From positions 1,240,001 to 1,304,000 of the forward strand of contig LSRY02000026.1 of the NCBI GenBank assembly GCA_001643675.2: a stretch of DNA of 64,000 bases, written 5' to 3'. Under the pieces are notes generated by a model. The model was not told the DNA's origin. It made no database searches and saw nothing but the letters and a program-made list of their open reading frames with translations. The stretch comes from Monocercomonoides exilis PA203. Taxonomy: Eukaryota; Protista; Preaxostyla. The translations under genes were made by a program, and so were the position numbers. Positions 58,091 through 64,000 of the stretch are shown piece by piece (position 1 is the stretch's first letter; each line of letters opens with the position of its first letter).

Positions 58091-60132
58091 GCTGTCTTCT
58101 TCCTCTTCTTCTTCCCCTTCTTCTTCGCTGTCTTCTTCTCATTCTTCCTCTTCTTCTTTTTTCAAAGAAATCAACATTTCAATTCAGAATAATTGAAGTT
58201 CAGTCTCTTTCAGATTATTAATGAAATAGAAGTGAAGCGCAATGAATCAAAAATAGAAGGAACTTCATTTGACGATTTTTTAGCAAAAGAGAAAAAAAGA
58301 AAGAGAGAAAGAGAGAAAGAGAGAAAGAGAGAAAGAGAGAAAGAGAGAAAGAGAGAAAGGGAGAAAGAGGAAAGAGAAAAAAAGAGGAAAAAAAGAGAAT
58401 TCAATCATGACAAACTTCATCAATCAAGTTCATTTTGAATCAGGTTATTGCCCATTTTCTTCGTTGACAAATTTCTTGATATATAATCATCATAAACGAC
58501 ATCAAGATTGTATTCGTCAATTAACTTTTTTTGGTTCTTTTTAATATTTCTAAAGAAGTTCCACTTCAATCTTCTCCTTTCCCTTTTTTAATTTATTAAG
58601 GATGATCCAAGATAGAGAGAAAGCTGAGTCAGAAGGAGGATTAAAAATCAAACAACAAATCAACATAATTACCGATTGTGTTCGAATCTTTTCGAAGAAG
58701 ATGGACGGGAACTATTTGTTCAACGAATATTCAAAATGAAGATAAAAATCAAGAGTTGAATTTAATATTTTCTTTTTTATTTTAAGTCTGAAAACAAAAA
58801 CATTTTTAAAATTTTTGAAGCGTTTTTTTTCATTTCATTTAGTGAGAATAATGAATAAAAGTTACATTAACACTAGTGATGTTGCAAATAAATTCATTGC
58901 TTAAAATATTTTGAAAGTTTCCTTCGTAATTTAGTGATGATTAAATGTTGACATAAAGCTTTTTATCAAAAAAACTTAGAATTCCATGAAAGCAAATGAC
59001 AACATCACTGAATCCTTTTTCTCATCCTTTCATGCTTTTTCATTTTCAATGCTTGTCGAATCTTTTATTCCATTTCATCATCATCTTCTTCTTTTAATTG
59101 CCCAAGAATATAAGTTAAAAAATCCAAGCTATTCAATTCCACCATTGAATCCAATATTTGTCTCTTCATCACCTCCAGAACAACATTAAAAGGACCTCTG
59201 TTCAACAAAGCATCAATTATCACAGCTGTGTCAAATGCTGTTTCTGATCAAAAGATTTAAACATCATTTGTATATTTCTCCGTTATTTTCCTTTGATGAT
59301 TGCAATAACTTAACAATGACGCCAATAAGCTCAGCAGATTCTTCAGTCCAAGATTTACAATTGTGAAAATAAATTTCCAACATTTTGATCCATCTATTAA
59401 AAATAAGATCATCTTCAATTTCTTTTTCTTCTTTTTCGTCTTTCATCTTCCAGTCCGCACAATTTGACAGCTTTTCAAGTTATTATATTGCTTCTCACAA
59501 AATGCAGCTTATTCAAGATCAAATCTTCTCAGTTTCTTTCATCGCGAAGTCAAATTATCAGATATTCCTAAGCAAACTGACAAGCAAGCTTTATTGTGTT
59601 CTGTTGCTCTTGATGACATTCGATGATCTCCTTGATTTTATTAAAATTTAGTTCTTAGACAGTTTTTTTTTTGAAAAAAGAGTGCGAAAAATATCAATAA
59701 CATTCAAAAACGAAATAACAAAGTTCATACGCAATGTCCAATGTAACTCAAAGGCAAGAAATCAATTACTACTTCTTTTTGAAATAGCTCGTTTTTCTTT
59801 TTGCTATAAGTGAATTTTGAAAGATGAAAAAGACAAACATTATGTTGATCCTCCTCCATTTCATCATGTAACTGAAAATGCATTCGAAAAGATTTGGAAT
59901 AAGCATTTTTTTGTCTTTTCATCGTTTAATAATATGTAGCTGATATTCATTCACAAATGAAACTCTTCTTTTTTTTGAAGAACTGTAAAAAAATCTGAAA
60001 AGATCGGATTCAATGAAAAAGAGTTAAGTATTTTTCTGAATATTATGTATTTTTCACAATATGACGAATAATAAAAGAGAAACAAATGCGATATTGATGC
60101 GAATAAATAAATCTTCAAGAAAAAATCAAAGT

Positions 60133-62750
60133 TTACAGAAGCAACAAAGAGTTTAACGTTTCAATCGAAAGAGAATGCCTTCGGTCTCCGACTATTCGTT
60201 TCAAACGAGAAAAAAGTCTTTCGCACGACACCTCACTGCAAGGTGCTGTGACTAGGCAATAACAAATGTTCGCTTAGATTGTGTGGATTCTTCCCAAGGC
60301 TGCAATGTGGCTGTTAAAAACAGCTGATCCTTCAGCTGTGGAGTAATCTGAAAGGGCTGCGGTATACTGTTTGAATAACGAAAGACATCCAATTTTAATA
60401 TCCTTATTGCATATTGTTAATGTTTTCTCAACGAAAACTGAGAATGATCCAAAAATTCTTCCATAGCAATTTGAAAAAAGAATTTCTTCAATTTTGGTTA
60501 TGATATTGCCAATCTCTTCTTTGGTGTTATCCATTGGATAATTCAATTTATCATTTGCACCCAAAAGAATAACCTCCTCCGATTCATTGTCTTGTTCATG
60601 ATAGGATTGTTCCTCTTGTTCGAAAGAAGCTTCTTTTGAAGAAGTTCCTTCTGTATTTTTGAAGGTAATTGAACAATTTGTGGATCTTGTTTGATAATGA
60701 AAACGTTCAATGCTTTCTTCATTTCCACAAAAATCTTCCTCCAAAAATAAATCATCCTGTTCATCGAAGTTATAAAAATCATAACAATCTTCTTCGTTCT
60801 CTACACTTTCTTCATCATTTTCTTCATCGCTATATTCATTACTTCGATCGCTTAATAATGTCGCTTCCAAGTCTTTCAGAATTTGTTGTTATTCATCCAT
60901 CTGTGAATCAAAAGCATCGGATGATATCCATTCTGATCTCATTGAGTTAATCGAAGAAGGAGAAGATGAAGAAGAAGAAGAAGAGGAAGAGGAAGAGGAA
61001 GAGGAAGAGGAAGAGGAAGAGGAAGAGGAAGAGGAAGAGGAAGATGAAGAAGCTGCACTCGCTGATGATTGAAGTTGATTTTCTTTCGATAAATTAACAT
61101 CAGAAAATGCGTGACGAAAATTGCTCAAAGAAAGCGGAGATGATACCGTGTGAAATTCTTTGGAATTTTCATTGTCTTGTTGATGATCGATAGAAGATAA
61201 ACACAAGCCAGTTGATGAAGCTGAAAGATTAAGAAAGTTGATTATTCAATAATTGTTTTGTGTGATAAGAAAATATTTAATATATATGAAAAATGACAGA
61301 CAATTTTTTGATTGACACAGTTTTTCAAAATATGCATCACCAAATTTGCCTAATCTGAGCTTTGTTCCTCCTTCTGGCGTAGGAGCATAAGATAAGGCAA
61401 TCAAATCTCCTCTTTCTCCTACCAATAAATAATTAAACAAAGTTATCCAAATATGAATTATTGCTCCAACCCATTCACTCGTTTGAAAGTGTTTATTTTT
61501 CAATAACAACTGAAAACAGGACATAGCTTCCAATAGTTTAGGAAAAACTGAACAAAGTTTGAGATTGTTGCTTTCAAAAGCAAAATGAAGCTTTTGAAGA
61601 GGATAAAGCAAAATTTCAGTTTTAATGGTATTTAAAACCGAAATATGATCCAATAAATCGTTTTTGACAATTATGTAGCGTTTTTTCCGAATGAAAGTGC
61701 AAATTTCACTTATGCAAAACCATCTGGTACAAATAAATGCAGGACAATTCGATTTGAGTAGTTTTTTCATAGCTATCGAATGTGAATGCTTTGAAAACTC
61801 TGTTAAAACTTCTTTTTCCATCTTAAGAAATGAATTTTCTTTAAAAGAATGGGTAATAACCAAATTAATGAGATGATTGCAGCAATAAACGTGGAAAGGC
61901 CTAATTGAAATTGATGATAACGAACATTCGTCATCCTTTTCTTTTGATAATTGTTGCAACGCCATTTTTTGTGGTAGTAATCCATCACTGCACAATGATC
62001 TAACTTCAGCTCCGTAACTCATCACTTCCTTGATGCATGTTTTCGTTATATTTTTGTAATCTTCACAACTGAAGCAGGGATTTGTTAATTTCCAAAACAA
62101 TAGAATTTTAAGAGTGAATTACCAATGTGACAATTGCGCATTTTTTACCAGCTATTAATCCTCCATCTATCATAAGACCTACACATTGATCTTTAATTGC
62201 ATTTCCTCTCTCCTGAATGGTTTTCGATTTTCTTTCTTTAATCAAATTTGTAATTTTCGTGGGAGTCAGATAAGGAAATATTGAAGAACTTGGAGTGTCT
62301 GTATGATGTTGTGAGTATTGAATTAAGGTTTTTACAAAAGAATTAAATTCCTTTGATCCTGCAGAAAGAAAAGACAGGTTGCATCGAGAAATAAGATTTA
62401 AAAACAGATCGCATAAAATGTTTGGTCTTTGATTATATTTGTTCTCCGAAGGAAGCACTTCCTTTGCAGTTTTATCTTTTGTTGTTTTTTTTGTCCAAAA
62501 CCATTTGTCCAGCATTGCATTTAGTAACGAGCACTTGTGTGATTTGATTGATATCGAATTTTCCCTTCCTGAGCAGCCGCAAGCCACTTCGTTCTTTTCA
62601 CACATACACATAAACATACGATGCCCATCTATTTTTGTTATTCCATCAGGCTTCACACGATAGTAACAAATCCAAATGTCATTGCACAAAATCTGGAAAT
62701 GGAGCCTATTTATGAATTCATTCTTTTTAGTCGGATGTTTATAACCTTGA
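60133..62750 (-). pseudogene. hAT-like transposase, disrupted
   Basis: N-terminal Cys/His-rich segment, VGLMIDGG (D1), LCSDGL (D2), HVYCCNHLINL (CxxH), FICTRWF. Reading through the TAA at 60274 in frame gives LVTAPCSEVSCERLFSRLKRIVGDRRHSLSIETLNSLLLL* (hAT C-terminal domain with catalytic E). Frameshift near 62105 and in-frame stop at 60889. Start position approximate. Confidence 0.85.
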
Positions 62751-63520
62751 AGGTTTATGGCAAAAAATATTATACATTTATTGATAAATGAGAAAAATAA
62801 AAATTTTATTCAAAGCAAACAAACATATAACTTTTTCATTGATAATGATTGGTTCGACGTGAACAATGCTGCAATTTGCTTTTTCAAGTTCTTTCAATTT
62901 TCTTTCAAACGATACACGCTGAACGAAAAGTGGAAAATTTGAAAAAATAGATCAAACAAAAACAGAAATATTCTAGCAAACAATTGCGAAATCTTCCAAA
63001 GACTTGAAAAGGCAAATTGGAAGAGATTTGACGATTGCATCTGAATTTTCAGCCATTTTAACTTTTGTCAGTGACGGTCAATGACTGTCAATGACAAATT
63101 TTGACATAATAATTCCTCAACTGACTTTTTTTGTCTTTCAACAATTTGAATATTGGGAGATTGATCTTCAAAAACGTTAAAAAAATTTTCCAAAAATTCA
63201 AAAAATTGTTAATTTCTAATTTATTTTTGTTGATTGTGTTATGAAAAAATAGAAATATGTAGAAATAATATTTTTTTTGACAAATCGATAAAGTCCTGTC
63301 AGTCATTTTGTCATTATTTCAAAATTCTCTTGTCACGTCACAGAGGTATACTTTGATGGATATAATTCAATATGAGTGAATAAATACGAACAAGTTCTTT
63401 TTAACACTTTTTTGATCTGAACAGGTCATTTCGTGCAAATTAATCCAAATCGTTTTTTATTGTTTTCTCGTATATTGATATCGTAAGTTCTTTTCACGAT
63501 AATTCAATTTTTCTATCCTA

Positions 63521-63919
63521 TACCTCTGTGACATGACAAGAGAAAATTGAAAAAATAACAAAATGACTGACAAGATATTTATGATTTGTTAAAAAGGGTT
63601 ATTTATAACGATTTCATTATTCTTAATTACAATAATACTGAATTTGAAAATCTTTGTTAATAATACTTTTTGTTGTGAAAAATTAAAAATTAAATATTAA
63701 ATGTTCAAGTTCCCAACATGAATTTTTTTCACAGAAAATGTCAGTTGTGGAATATTTTTGTCACAATTTGTTATTGACAGTCACTGACGGTCGCTGACAA
63801 AAGAGAAAAAACGACAAAATATAACACATGCTATCAACGAATCTTTTCCAAAGAGCTTTAAAAAGTCTTTAGTGGTCTTAGCAATAGTTTATTTTATTTA
63901 AATTTGAATTAAAAAACTT

Positions 63920-63953
<34 letters not shown>

Positions 63954-63995
63954 TGACAGACGAGGATTCATGTAATTTGTCAGGTCACAGAGGTA
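63521..63995. mobile_element. 475-bp MITE with TIR TACCTCTGTGAC(A/C)TGACAA and TA flanks
   Basis: ta|tacctctgtgacatgacaa at 63519 and ttgtcaggtcacagaggta|ta ending 63997; looks like an internal deletion derivative of the 55511-63348 family. Confidence 0.85.
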
Positions 63996-64000
63996 TAATT

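Larger units (their letters stand above)
55511..63348 (-). mobile_element. 7.8-kb element with TACCTCTGTGAC TIRs, TA on both flanks, encoding a hAT-like transposase plus degraded internal sequence
   Basis: ta|tacctctgtgacgtaacaaat at 55509 and ttgtcacgtcacagaggta|ta at 63350. Both subterminal regions match the two ends of the MITE at 63521-63995. Confidence 0.72.

Noticed and set aside
60133-60273. Apparent structured RNA (gcct/aggc, cacct/aggtg stems) downstream of the hAT ORF
   Set aside because: It is the in-frame continuation of the transposase (PCSEVSCERLFS..) after a premature TAA, so it is coding sequence.
13210-60891. In-frame TAA codons in transposases suggesting TAA/TAG=Gln recoding, as in some oxymonads
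   Set aside because: The UBA2 exons I read use only CAA/CAG for Gln, ORFs of 465-728 aa lack TAR, and the TAAs align to different residues (Pro, Leu/Gln) in genes that also carry frameshifts. This fits ordinary decay.

Overview
AT-rich, intron-containing eukaryotic DNA in the standard genetic code. The Ser/Glu-rich low-complexity proteins and short GT-AG introns resemble an oxymonad such as Monocercomonoides (inference only). The first ~11.6 kb holds host genes: a multi-exon SUMO-activating E1 subunit (UBA2/SAE2), a multi-exon alpha/beta hydrolase with a C-terminal UBZ-like Zn finger, and tRNA-Phe. Most of the rest is DNA transposons and degraded gene fragments. There are three diverged PIF/Harbinger-ISL2EU-like transposase genes (DD30E spacing, intron, conserved C-terminal exon). 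A Sola2-like transposase gene carries a USP/C19 deubiquitinase domain inside it and has a GC-rich structured segment downstream. A 1.86-kb foldback element (~615-bp TIRs, 8-bp TSD) duplicated that gene's splice donor. Two 6.5-7-kb pogo/Fot1-like elements carry a ~4.5-kb captured cargo gene; one sits 7 bp from tRNA-Lys. A 7.8-kb element with TACCTCTGTGAC termini and TA flanks encodes a hAT-like transposase and has MITE derivatives. A disrupted AbpF-like gene with an embedded ubiquitin-like domain is also present. The best candidates for novelty are the USP-bearing Sola-like transposase, the TA-flanked hAT-like family and the cargo-carrying pogo elements. Family assignments come from motif recognition by eye, not database searches, and some frameshifts may be assembly errors.
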